From: Minutocellus sp. GHC0000111
Taxonomy: Eukaryota
Reading direction: 5' to 3'
DNA length: 64,000 bases
Assembly: GCA_977018835.1 (NCBI GenBank)
Contig: OZ361256.1
Span: 2,914,001-2,978,000 of the forward strand
Part shown: piece after piece, positions 23,339-35,776 of the stretch
Numbering within the stretch: position 1 is the stretch's first letter
Layout: each line of letters begins with the position of its first letter
The notes under the pieces: generated by a model
What the model saw: the letters and a program-made list of their open reading frames with translations, nothing else
Told to the model about the DNA's origin: nothing
Database searches by the model: none
Program-made: the position numbers and the translations under genes

Positions 23339-26300
23339 ATGTCACCCATGTTCTCCTCCTCTCGAAGTGGTCGGCCTCGTCGGCGACTTTCTCTCATCCT
23401 GGAATCATCATTAACGTCAAACCAGCGCCATGTGCAGCAGCAGCATCAGGATCAGCCGCAAGCCAACAGAAGGCATCGACGCAACGTATCCTTCAAGGAG
23501 GGCAACGCGCAAGATATAGTTGGCAACGAACGAGAAAGGGGTGACTACGATCAGTACGAACAAATCGATAAGTCGCAACGGACGCAGTTTACGGCGGACT
23601 TGTCGGAATCGTCCGTACCCGCCGTCATTGTTATCGGGGATTCCAGTAGTGCAAATGCTAATTGCGGAGTCGGCGGAGGGGGGAGCAGCGTAAGTTCGTT
23701 CCAGAGCGCCCTCACCGCGGATACCTTGCAAGTCGTTCCCGTCGGTGGAAGTGCCATGCGAATTGACGTCGATTTGGATGCCGCGGCAGCACCGGCACGT
23801 GTTGCACCTGCCCCTGCAGACCGTCGGGAAACACTGATGCAGCATCGGACCAGCGCTGGGCCGATGGATTTGGCCATTAAAAATGCCGCGGCGGAGGTAG
23901 CCCAAGCTGTTCAAGATGAGAAGCAAAAGAGCTGAAGTGGACGTGAAAGTCGAAGTGGAGGTGGTGGCTTCGTCGTGCCGTCGGCCAAGGAATTGCTCCG
24001 CAAGGCCGAGGCCAGGATAATCGGAGGCAGCAAGAGAAGTAGCAAGGAAAAAATCAATCCAACAAGTTGGAGCAACCAACAAGGAGACGATGCCGATGCG
24101 CATCGGCGCATATCCTCCCGGCGGTCCATGCCCGCCGACTATGCCGAGAAGGACCCTTCACAACCCTTGCCGACATCCAAGGATCCTCTCCGTTCCAGCA
24201 CGTCCCAGCCCAATTTGAACCGTCTGACTCATCACTACGCCGCCCAGGATCCTGGATTTCGCAAACGCTTTTCAGACTTTGTCCGAGATCAGCTCAGCAC
24301 TGGTAATGGTGGAGGTTACGAAAGCAACAACGGTGCAAACGGTGCCGACGGTGAGGACAATGCCGAAGCTGCACTTTTCGAACGGATCCGAAGGGTGGGT
24401 AGCTACGGCAACAGCCTCGACCAACAGAGAGGATCTGACAGTGCCGGCAGCCACAACAATGGCGCCGGCGGTGCCGAGATGGCGCAACTGATGCTCAACG
24501 GTGGATACGGTGTACCGGCCCATCGACGTCAGAACAGTGGTGGGACTAACAAACATCATCATCATCACAACCACATTCAGAGACTCGATGGAGGTGAAAG
24601 GACCGGTCCCCTACCTACAGATAGTCGAGTCACTACCATCAAGCTGGACAATATCCTCGTCCAAATTTGCAACACGCAACTCACGAACTTCCTACGCCGC
24701 GAGCGACACTATCGATGGCTGTCGTCCTTCCGAAGGCTCGATCCTCGGTACCAAATTCTCACCTTCTTCAACGATATCAGTCGAGAGGGTGGAGAGAATG
24801 TCGATCAACTTCACAAACTGCAGTCCGTGCGCAACATCAACCCTCTCCTTCGTGGCTTCGTCAAGGCCAGTGCCTTTAGCGTGTGGAGACCGACTAGCAA
24901 CGATGCCATTTACAAAATGATGCGTGGTGAGGCCGTGGGCAAGGGACTGGACGTGAAAGGCAAAAGCGCTCGGCGGGGCATGCTCAGTGGATACATTCCC
25001 TTAGTACAAATACACCACGAGGACGATAAGCGACGGATGCGACGTCCACCGCGGGACGGCCGGGTCCGCGTTTACTACCAATCAGAGGAAGCAAGAGATG
25101 CCGCACGAAAGGAATTGATATTGTTTGCTGCCCATGCCTCGCATGCTGTGAAGAAGGCCAGACAGGTCATTGCAGCTGGTGAGGATGTTGTCACTGAAGA
25201 TCTCTGGGAGCGAGCCCTGAAGTATGAGATGATCTTGGATGTTGAGGATACCACGATATATCCCTTAGATGACTATGCCGATCAGGGACGCTTCGGTCTG
25301 GATGTTTCCGAGAGGTATTTTATCGAAGTTTCCATCGTCGGCAGGGACATTTCCCGTCCTGCTGGGTCAGAGTGGGATGTCGGCAGGAACAGCGAGCCTG
25401 CCTTCCAGGATATGAATTCGGCCTGCGTCCGAGCATTTGATGGCGTAATGAATAGAGCGTTAATTCTCCAAATGGATGATAGCACCGATTCCGATCCACT
25501 CCAGCCTCAAACGCTTGTCGTTGCGTATGAAGAGCATGGCCGTGTAATTCCAGTGGCTTCGGATTTCGACGCCTTCCTCGTCGGAACGAGAGGTGTGGAC
25601 TTTAGTGACCCATTGCCGCCAGAGCAAGTTTCAATGATGGCTGATTTAATCGAAGAGATAAATGATATACTATCCTCGCCAGCTACGGATTCTTGGACGG
25701 TGCGATGGCTCGATGTCTTGAAACTGAAAGCGAGCAAGAATAGCAAGAAGAATGTCACTCCTCATTACGGCTATGGCGATCCGAAGAGCTACGATATGAT
25801 GGAAGCGGTCGCGCGGAGGCTTGAAGGAGCCAATGGAGCTGTTCGGCACGGTCCAGAATGTTTTAATCTTGTGTTTCCGCAAGAAATTGACGATCAGTAT
25901 TTTATTGTCTGTGATAGTTTGCCGGGGAAGATCCCTTGGAAGTACGTCGATGCTCACGAGCTTCAGGACATTCTTTGTCAGCGCATTGATGATGGCTTTG
26001 CTTTCCCGCTCAATCCAAAATGGGTTCTTTGCGACCCTGGTTGGAAGCGCGTGTGGGACAGACTCATGACATCAGATGATCTCTTGGTACAGCAGAGCAT
26101 AGACATGTGGTATCCGCCGTCCTCCGGCATTCGCGAGAGCATTGAAGAGATCTACTGCAATCACCCTGAAGGCTTTCAGCGTCGAGCGCCGCCGACCACC
26201 CCCTGCTCTAAAGCAAATGGACACGGGCGTTCCGACAGCCTACGAAGGTCTATCGATCACTCTCACATTGAAGGCACGGAAGCCATGGATTTGGCGGAGC

Positions 26301-26494
26301 AAGAACTCAAGTATTACATGATCAAAAAGAGAGCCAAGATGAAGCTGAAGGCGGCGCTCATGTTCCGAAAGCTACGCTCGTCATCCGCAGCGTCTCAAGA
26401 GACGGCGAAGACACGATCGTGCCAACGGCAAAAGGAAGTTGAGAAAGTCCCCGTTGCCTGTAAAGCAGTATCACTTTTGGCTGGTGGTTGGTAA
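23339..26494 (+). CDS. Class II (edema factor/CyaA/ExoY-like) nucleotidyl cyclase homolog with a disordered N-terminus; one in-frame TGA at 23933-23935
   Basis: VWRP (24881), GKGLDVKGKS...GYIP (24938-25000), PVASDFD (Asp codons 25562, 25568), HGPECFNLVFPQEID (25847), GFAFPLNPKW (25994-26023) are colinear with EF motifs. ORFs 23339 and 23975 share a frame. Confidence 0.8.
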
Positions 26495-26654
26495 CATGGA
26501 CTAGCTATGCTGTAAAATAGAAATAAACTGATCTGTGCAATAGTTATGAAAGCATAGACTCTAGCTAGAAGCATCTGATCTAGTATAGTAACTAAGTGCA
26601 GCTATGTTAGCGCTTTGAGTATTTGACGCGCAAAATAAAGCGAAGAGATCGTAG

Positions 26655-29600
26655 CTATGCGAGAAAATTGTATCTCGATCGATCTCCTTCCGCTCGTTCC
26701 ATGTATTCGCGCTCGATCAAGCTTTCTATTCGCTTCTTGATGTCGGAGCTGCTGGCAGGAAACTTGAGCTGGGCCATGGTCTCTCCCATGAGGGCTCTGT
26801 GCTCCAATGTCTTGCGGGCCTTCATGATTCTTACAACGGTGGCATCAATGAGGTACAAACGGTCTCGGCTGACCGCCTCGTGCGTCTTGGATCGCTCTTC
26901 GGCGGTCTCCTTCATTTGCATGTTGGGTATTCTGATTCGTCGTTGGTTCGAGGTAAAGGCTGTGTTGAACTTGAAGACATCGTGCTCGCCGACGGCACGT
27001 CGAGACTTGCGTGGTTTCTTTGAGCTTATTTCTTCCTCGGCACTTTCGCGATCGTACTTGAGAAGGACGCGGGTACCTTCGCGGCCGAGGCTTAGACTTT
27101 GGAGGACGCGTTCGGCCTCGCCACGATCGTCGAGGCCGGACTTGGTCATGACCTCCTTGATAGTAAGGCCTCGTTCCGTTTGCGCATCGTCATCTTCCTC
27201 GAGGTTTAAGCATTGGAGGACGACTGCCTGGCACAAGCTCACAACAAGATCTCGAGGGGCAGAAATCTTGGGAAAGTTGGCTCGGACGATGCAATTGCCC
27301 AACGCACGCTGCCATGCAATCCGCCGACCTTGATACTTTGCCCCGTAATAAGTCTCAAAACGCTTCTTATGCTCCACAACACCAGGCGGGAGGGTGAGGT
27401 TGGGATACTGCGGGTAGACGGGCCAGTAGCCTGTGGTGAGTATCTGCACATCCATCTCGACGTTGCCAACTTTGGCACGCTCATCTTCGGCTAGCCCTTG
27501 GAGATGGGCTGCGTAGTTCGTCATGACATCTCGGCTCAGCTCAACGTCCTTGAACATACCCTCCATCTTGGCCGTGTAGCCTCCACCGCACTCGGCCTTG
27601 AGCTTCGATACCAAAGCACGCTCGGCATCGAGGCTAACGGACTTGTTGAGGAGCAACCTCTTGGCAAGGTCGCGCTTGTAAAAGGCCTCAAAGACATCCT
27701 TGGAATGAATGTGTCGGAAGAGAGACAGGACGGCTGTCTGGAAGATCTCCATTTCGGACTCGGTGGTGCCCGCCAGCCCCACCATGGCAGCACTACTCGC
27801 AGAACCGGTGGATTCTGTTCTTGCCAGCACTGCCGCGGCACTTGCAGATGCGGAGGGGGCGGTGGTACCACCCGCCTTGGCGTTCTTGAAGCGCAGATCG
27901 ACGTACTTGGCAAGGAGCTCGGCAACTCGTCGTCCTCCGTCACCATCATCGTCGCCTCTGCCATCACTGCCGGCGTTGCACACTTCCTCAAGGACGTTGC
28001 TCACAGCCTTGGCAAAACTCTCATCTCCACCAGAGGCACGAATCTGCAAATCTTCCAGATGCGACTTGCACGAGAGAAGATTGGGGATGATCTTGAGCTT
28101 GGCGTCCTTGCTCTCGGCCTTGCTGGGACCGCTCGGCGATGCCGAACTGCCACCGCCACCGCCTCGTACAACCTCCAACCCCCTTTCGCGACCGTACTGG
28201 CCAAAGGCTGTGCGGAGTAGGTCGATGCCACCATTCACGCGCTTGCCGAGGGTATAAAGCCGTCGGATGTCGGGAACAATCCGGCTCTCATCGTCCAACA
28301 GCTTGTACAAGACAGTCGGGTGGAGAATGTGCTGGCCATTGTAATGCGGTCGGAGGAGATGAATGTCCACGATCGACAGAAGCAGGCCCATGGAGGGGGA
28401 TTCGTCCTCCTCGGCGGCCCCACCACCCGCCGAGGCCGAGGCCGATGCCGCCGCCAGTGCCGCCAGGGCCACCCCGTCCGACGCCGTCAGGGCCGACGAT
28501 CCCGACCCGATGCTGCCCAAGTAGAACGATGCCAGATGCCCCACCTGCTTGAGCCGGCCATCGACGTGGCGCAAATAACCGACGACGTCGCCGCTGCCGC
28601 CGACGCCGGACATGTCCATCCACCGACGACATTCCGAGTCAAAGTACACCGTGAGCTTGGTCACGAGCTGGACCAAGAATTGCTTGGAGGGCACCGGGCC
28701 CAGATCGGCCACCGTCCGGATGACCGAGCGGGTCAGGGCCGAATCGATGGCAATGGAATCCAACGACCGCAGCAACGTCGAGACGGAGTGGGCCGTGAGG
28801 GTGGCGAGGATGGTGTCATACCGTCCCAGGTTGGACGATTGCTGCGGCACAATGCCGGCCATCCGTGCCTCGGCGGCGGCCGCTACAGCCGATGCCGACA
28901 CCGGAGCAGTGGATGGTGCACCCGATGATGATGGGGAGGACGTGGTGTCCAAGGTGGCCGTCATGTGACATGCCCACCTCCCACAGCACCCAGGTCCGGG
29001 AGGCGGCGGAGGCCAACGACGAGGAGGATCCCGATGCCAAAGCACCGCCGGCAGCATTGGCACCCGAGGACGATCCGATGCCCGACGTCCCGCGGGGGAT
29101 GGCCCGTCCGCTGCAATTAATTTGAATTGATTGGTTTGAGAGGGCAAGGCGGAGACGTGAGAGATTACCAATCTTGCAAATGCAAACGCAAACAAAAGGG
29201 CACACGTATACAACACCTAAACAAAACTGAACTGAAGCACGGCACTCACCTCTTCCAAACTCCCCCACTGGCACCGCCGGGAAGGTACAAGAAGCGTCGA
29301 TCGAGATGCAAGAACACGCTCCGGACGCACCGGAGATACTCGTAATAGGAGGCGCACACGCTGTGGATCTGGGCCAGGATGGCATCGCTCGTCGTGGCGT
29401 TGCCGTCGGTACCGATGCCGGACGAGTCGGTGGCTCCACCAGAGGTGGAGGAGGAGGCGGCACCACCGTCGGGAACGAACCGGACCGTCGTTTCCACCTC
29501 GACGCAGCCGGGTGCGACGCCGACCATCCTCCGTAAACACGTCCGTGCCGCCTCGTCCATGGCGCGGAGGACGGCGTCGTACAATTGCGGTCCGTAGTTG

Positions 29601-30100
29601 TGCGTGACGAGATCCTCGACGAGGCGGTACAGCTCCTCCCGGGACATGGGACGGCGCCGCTGTTTGTGGTTGTTGCTGATGTCGGCTGCGGCTGCGGCGG
29701 CATCGTCGAGGTCCATGGGAGCCGCGCCGCCGGTTTCCGTTATTCCGGCGGGCCCGACCGTCGCAGGCGAACCACCGGCGGCGGCCGGATCGGCCGCGCT
29801 CTTGGGACTGGCGCACGGCCGTTGCCGTTGTGGTTGTTGCTGCTGCTGTCCGCCCTCCGCGTCCACGTACAGCGACTCCTCCCTCAGCACGCACCCGAGC
29901 GCCCTTAGCAAGGTGTCCACGGAAGTTTCGTAAAAGTTGGCCGGGAGGGACGGAGGACGGGCAAAGGGCTTGATCTTGATGCCACCGCCCGAACCGCCTC
30001 CGAGGATCAGTCCCTTCTTCTTTTTGGTGCCGGACTTCTTCTTCTTTTTCTTGGTTCCGCCGGTACCGGTCGAGGCGGTGGTAGATGGCGGTGGGGTCAT
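26655..30100 (-). CDS. CUL4: Cullin-4
   Basis: IKIKPF, MSREELYRLVEDL, RSVFLHLDR, KDVFEAFYKRDLAKRLLL, KLKAECGGGYTAKMEGMFKD, IDATVVRIMKARK. Intron 29249..29111 and an apparent frameshift near 28970. Confidence 0.92.
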
Positions 30101-31099
30101 TGTGACTTTTGTGGTTGTTCGCTTGGTAAATGCAATATCCTGGCAATGCAAGTGCAGTGGCCGCAGATGCCGGTCCGGTTCGGTCAGGTATAAATTATTG
30201 TCGTCGTCAAGTCAAGTCAGGCTATACCGAGGAGCAAATGTATGGTCCAATCCCGGTCAAAAGGCTTGCCAATCCAATGCCCACGTTGCAATTCCGCGCG
30301 GCAAGGCCTTTCGCTGGCCGTGGAACGCCAAATCTCTATTTTTGGGGCGGACTGTACCGAGTGAGACCGACCGCCCCACGCCAAAATTCAAAAAGCGGCA
30401 CACGCACGAGATGTGTCGTTTTTTTTTCGTTTTCACTCTCGCTTGGATCTAATCTCCCCGCTGGAAAAAAGATACCGCGGCCAAAAGTAAGCAGAGGTGC
30501 AATGGTCACCGCCAACGGGTAGAGTTTGAGCTGTGGTGGTGGTGGGGGGGTATCCTCCAGAACGGTTGGTACGCACACTTGATGCCCTCCGCTCTTGCCG
30601 ACGAAAAATGAGGCGCCGCGTGACGGCAACGCCGGCGCGGCGTCGCTGCCGTCACATGCCAGGGGGGGCCAAGGGTCCGCGAGCGCGCGCCGGCGCGCCG
30701 GCCCCCGCCAGGAATTGTGATGCTATGATGACGAGGCGGAAACCCTGAACACATCAAGCAGCATGAGAGGTAACATGGAGAAATGGGGTGAAGTTCCCGG
30801 GTCATAACAATTTTCATGAACGGAGAAAAATCAATGATCGAAGCGGCACAACCCCAAAACACCCCCGAAGATAAAAAATGTTAACAATGCAAACAATCGC
30901 ATCTTCCGCGGCAAATTCACAGAGCCTACACAGTGTTTCCTCATCGTCTTTTGCTAGCTAATTGTTTTGGCCCCGCTTCACCTTTTTTCTCTGCCGAATG
31001 GTTGTTTCCGAATTTTTCGCGCGCTTCTGCTGAAATTTTCGAGGCGCCGGCCATGCTGAAAAATGCACCCGTCACATGCTACATGCTGCTGCTAGCAGC

Positions 31100-31876
31100 A
31101 CGCCAAGATGAGTCTGCCGTCTCATGGTGTTTGCTGTCGGGCCACACTCTCAAGCCAACCTCTGGCGAGGAGTGTGCCGGACAGTCTGGTCCACGATCTG
31201 TCCGCGACGCATGCCTCCGAGTTCCAATCGCTTTTGGGTGCAGGGGCTGACAGTGATGCCGTCTTCGCTGCAGCGCCATGGATGGTCGTTCACGTCAACG
31301 CGGCCGTCCACCTCTTCCATGACGGCCCTGCTGTGCTGGTCACCAACAACATGTGTGGCCTGCTGCCAAATCTCGCCTCAGGAGGACTGCGCATGCATCC
31401 TCGTCCATGGCCGGGTGGCATGCATCGGTCCCCCTTTCGGAGCAACCCACAATCTGTCGCTGGGTGGCGTCGAAGGCACACAGTGAATGAACACATTCAC
31501 ATTCTTAAAAAGGCATGAGCACTGTCCCGAGCACCACTGCAATCCACGGAAAAACAAGAACCGCAACAGCAGGCAAGCGTTCTCGTGCTTCCGACACAAA
31601 TGACACTCTCCGTCGCCTCCACTCCTTTGCACAAACTTTTGGCAAAGCGAGAACACTCGCCAGGCCTGACGGTCATGTCCTTCCTGTCAGAGGGATTGGG
31701 GAGACAGTCATCATCCAAATCGTCAGCAGTTGCGTCGATGAATGTGCCGGATTGAACCTCCACACAACATAGTCCTAGGGCTTCCCCAGCCCCCGCAGCG
31801 ACTGGTCGGCTCCCGAAACAGCCGCAGGGAGGGAAGCGAAGAGGGCGAGAGAGGTGAGCGTTGCGTCGAGCTTCAT
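31100..31876 (-). pseudogene. Decayed gene for a secreted Cys-rich protein inside a TpA-depleted tract
   Basis: Signal-peptide-like MKLDATLTSLALFASLPAAVSGA followed by broken Cys-rich frames. The 3' boundary is approximate. Confidence 0.4.
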
Positions 31877-32043
31877 GATGATGACAATGGCGGCGGCGAA
31901 GTGTTTCAAGTGCAAGAAACGAGCGAGAAAAACGTGTGAATGAATTTCTGGGAAAAGCACAGAGTTGGCACTAGCACCCGCGGTAAAGGAAGTGTGCAGT
32001 CAAAGCACAAAGGGCGCAAAGTTGTTGGCTTCAATTTTCATTG

Positions 32044-32129
32044 CGCCAAAATTCGGATGCCAGTGAAAGAGTTTCTGAGGATGACGCGTTCCGTCGCAAA
32101 CACGCCAAAATTCGGATGCCAGTGAAAGA
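32044..32129. repeat. 27-bp direct repeat x2
   Basis: cgccaaaattcggatgccagtgaaaga at 32044-32070 and 32103-32129. Confidence 0.9.
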
Positions 32130-33207
32130 AAATGATGTGTTTCGGGAAACTGACGTGTCGAGATTCCAATCGCTGGGGCAATTCTCTTTCTCAGTGGGAT
32201 TAGAGACTGGTCGTTTAGCCGCCAGTGTGCGGCGAAAAAGCATCTTCCCTGTCATGCGGTGGCCGCCTTCACAACTTCATGTACCACTTCCACCACGTTA
32301 CCACAAAACGTACAGCGATGAACTCACCCAGCGACACTTCTGGTTCTTCGACTGCTGCCGGTGCTCGCCAAGCCGAGGCTGCAGCAGCCGCCGCTGTTCT
32401 CCAAGCCGATGCCGCCGCCGGCGCCGCTGTCTTCCACAGATCTGCCACTAACAACGACTTTGGCACAATGTCTTCCAAGAGGCCTAAAACAGATGACACC
32501 GACGGAGGACACTCTTCTTCGTCGTCCTCCTCGTCCTCTGCGTCAACCTCTGCAGGAGACCCCGTCCCCGTCGCTTCCATCCTCCGCAAAGCCAAGAGGG
32601 CAACCGAGTCGGCACCGTCGTACTGTGGCCGGCTCAACGACGAACCTCGCCGAGGCGCCTACCACATTAAATTTGCGACTGAATTTCTCCCGGATCTCGG
32701 CCTTGACATGATTGACAATGAATGACAACGAATGACTGCTTCTCTTTATCCACGTATCTGACTATCTATCTGTCTGTCTATCCACCTTCTACTCGTGCGA
32801 GTAGCACCGGTGTGATTCGACCGATGTGATTCGTCAATATTTGGGCTTCAATCAGACATCGGGAATTTCATCTGAAGAGCTCAATCTGCTAGGCGTGCAA
32901 TTTCATGAGTACCAGATAGATCAAAAAAGAAACTAGCGAGCTATATTAGAGTATTTGCATGATGCATATACCGCATGTAACAAGAAAGCAGGTCAATTCC
33001 CTTTCTAACCAACATTTCATTAGTCACTTTGCTTTTTTTTTAATTTAGAAGTACTAACTTTGGACTGGAAGCCGTGGTAGATCTAGTGCAGTCTCTTCAT
33101 GCATCATCTACCGGTAACAACATGATCACACTTCTGTTCAGCGAAGCTTACAAATCCTCTAGACATCGTCGTAGTCGAATTAGCCGTATAAGCACAAAAA
33201 ATTTTAA

Positions 33208-35776
33208 TTACCTCATGTTCGCAGCTACGGTTCGACCTCGGCCTCTGCCGGCTCCACGACCACCGCCACGACCACGGCCTCGTCCACCTCGGCCTCCTCC
33301 TCTTCCACCACCTCGACCACCATTATACTTGCCTTTCCTTGCCGGTGGTTTGCGGTCCAACTCGGCGAACGACTTGGCAATCTCTGCCATTTGATCATCG
33401 CTCAGTTCTCCTCTGGGAGGGCAAAAGGTCTGCGACTGGCCCCTCACATTTCGTTTCCTCTCGGCGTTGGAGAGCAACTGCTCCCCATCCTCATTGGTCT
33501 TACCATTATCGTCGGCCTCGAGGATGCGATTGACAGTCTCCAAGAGCACATCGGCCTCAATGAAAGGAATTTGAACAACTGCCTCCCAGGGCTGACGCTT
33601 GCCGTTCGGATCGCTTTTGAAGTCGCGAGGATAATATTCGGCAAGGGGTGAGCTGGGTTCCAGCATAAGCTCCGCCAAAGGTTCGGGCAGTAAGTCGGCA
33701 CTCTGCGGTGGGAGCACCGATAGAAGCTGAGCCAAGCTGGGGAACGGCGCGGTCTCCTCAAAGGGCATTTCGCGGAATCCAAGGTCCTCCTTGCCGTCGA
33801 GCTCCTCTTCTGTTGGGTCTTCGTAGAATTCGTGCAGGTTCACCATGTCAGTTGCTAGTGGACTGTACAGATGGGGGAAGTACCAGTCCCAGGAAGCGCA
33901 GCCCTTGTGGTAGTAGGCCAAGTTCCAGTGCAGTCCCTCGAGATAGTCACGAACGTGGGCACGACGCTTGCGCAAAGTATCATCACGGTCCTCAGCTAGG
34001 GGGGACCATCCCAATTTGCTCTCGTAGTAGAAATCGCGGTACGAACGCGAGGCGTCCATCGGATGGCGCTTCTTGAACTTCTTCTCAGCCTTGGAAAGAT
34101 CCGCCGACATGAGATCGTCTGACACAGCATTTCCATTGACAACCTTCTTCATAGGACGTCGATTGGCCACCTTGGCAGCCTCGGGGGTTCCCTCGCCACC
34201 ATACCACGTGCCATAAAAGTCGGTATCCTCCTGCTCGTTATCACTGCTGAGAGCCCAGCCGGGCTCATTCTCCTCGTAGGCACGGCGCTTAAAGTGCTCC
34301 TCCTCAAATGCAGCCAAGTGGTACATCAGATGCTCGAATCGTTGTGGATGGATCTTGTCCTTGTCGGTCAGATAACCTCCCCACTCCGGCAGAAGGTGAA
34401 TAAAATTGTTCAGCATCAAACTCAAAGCACCGTTGTCAATCTCCAAATGAGGACAGTGGGGCAAAAAGTCATTACCGACCATCATGAACATGAAGACAAT
34501 ATCATCAATGATGCGATTGACATCGTACTCCACCTTGAGGACCTCTCGGTCGGCAAACTTGCGGAACTGGATCTGGAACATCTGCCTAAGGGCAGACAAT
34601 TCCAAGAGCTCGAAATCATCGCGGGTGTATTCCAGCATATCCTTGGGCTTGCGATTGCGATGACGGCCACGTCCAGCCATGACGACCGACATCTTTTCAC
34701 GAAGGAGGAGGAAGTTGGGTTCATGCGTTACCAGTCCCAGCATGATAAGATCGGCATCGAGTCCGTACAAAACGTGGGTGAGGCCAGGCTCCCAATGAGG
34801 ATGGCACTTGGACGGATCATCGGGATCGTACTGCTCACGACATTCGCGGATGTAATCCATCACCTTATGCTCACCCTCTCCAGGAACATCAGGACCTGTC
34901 ACAACAACATCAGCACCCGACATCCAGAATGGATCGGTCGACTGCTTGTACTCGACCCACCGCTTCATGGCAATACTGAGCTTGAGCAAAAAGTCGGTGC
35001 CTGGAGTGATGCAGTTGGAATCGAACATTTTGCCATCGGGGAGAGTGCCATCCCGAGCCAGGACGGTGGCGGCCAACTCCTCGGCCTCCTTGGACGAACG
35101 GAACCGACGGGATCGCTGTTGATTCATCTTGGCACGAGGTGCGACGCCATCAACGGCTAGGTACAGGACCTTGCGAGGTCGTACGAGGCGGTAGAGGCTG
35201 CCAAGATAAAATGATAATAGTATTGGATACATTGTACGTGTGTGAAGATCGTAAGTAAATGCTGCACGAAGAAAACCAAACCAAAACCATGCAAATGCAC
35301 CACTCCAAAACTCACCGATCGACATAACTGAAGATCTTCTTGAACATGGCCGTCTCGTCCAGCACAATAATCTCGTCGTTGTTGTTGCCATGAGTACAGG
35401 GGTGGATGATGCCGTTCATGTCCAAATAAAAGTTGTCGACCTCGCGATCGACGTGCAGTCCGTCGTTGATCCGCTTGTTGATGTTGGGATACTGATCGGT
35501 CAGCCAACGGAACATTTTGGGGATGCCATGGAGGGCCGTAGTGGAATCCGATGCCGAGACTGGAGAGAAGGGTGAAGCAGAATTTGCATCGGAATTTGCG
35601 GGCGAAAACCTCAAAAGAGGCGAATTCTGAGGTGACGATGCAGTTGTGGGATTTGAAAACGACACCACGTGGCCATTCGATACCAAATCATTGGGCGATA
35701 GAAACGCATTTGCAGTGGCGCTCAGTAGGAGTGTGGCAGCAACCATCGCATTCATCGTCGTTGTCTTTGTTGCCAT
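33208..35776 (-). CDS. XRN-family 5'-3' exoribonuclease with a bipartite plastid-type presequence and an RGG tail
   Basis: join(35776..35316, 35197..33208) = 2451 nt. GIPKMFRWL, DNFYLDMNGIIH, AVDGVAPRAKMNQQRSRRF, FDSNCITPGT, PGEGEHK, YGLDADLIML, GNDFLPH. Confidence 0.93.

Noticed and set aside
26623..30522. Long antisense and alternative-frame ORFs over CUL4 (likewise over the STAND, HMG-box and XRN genes)
   Set aside because: Shadow ORFs caused by high GC3 and few stops; no recognisable domains.
32044..32129. CRISPR-like repeat-spacer-repeat (27-bp repeats, 32-bp spacer)
   Set aside because: Only two copies, no cas genes, eukaryotic context.
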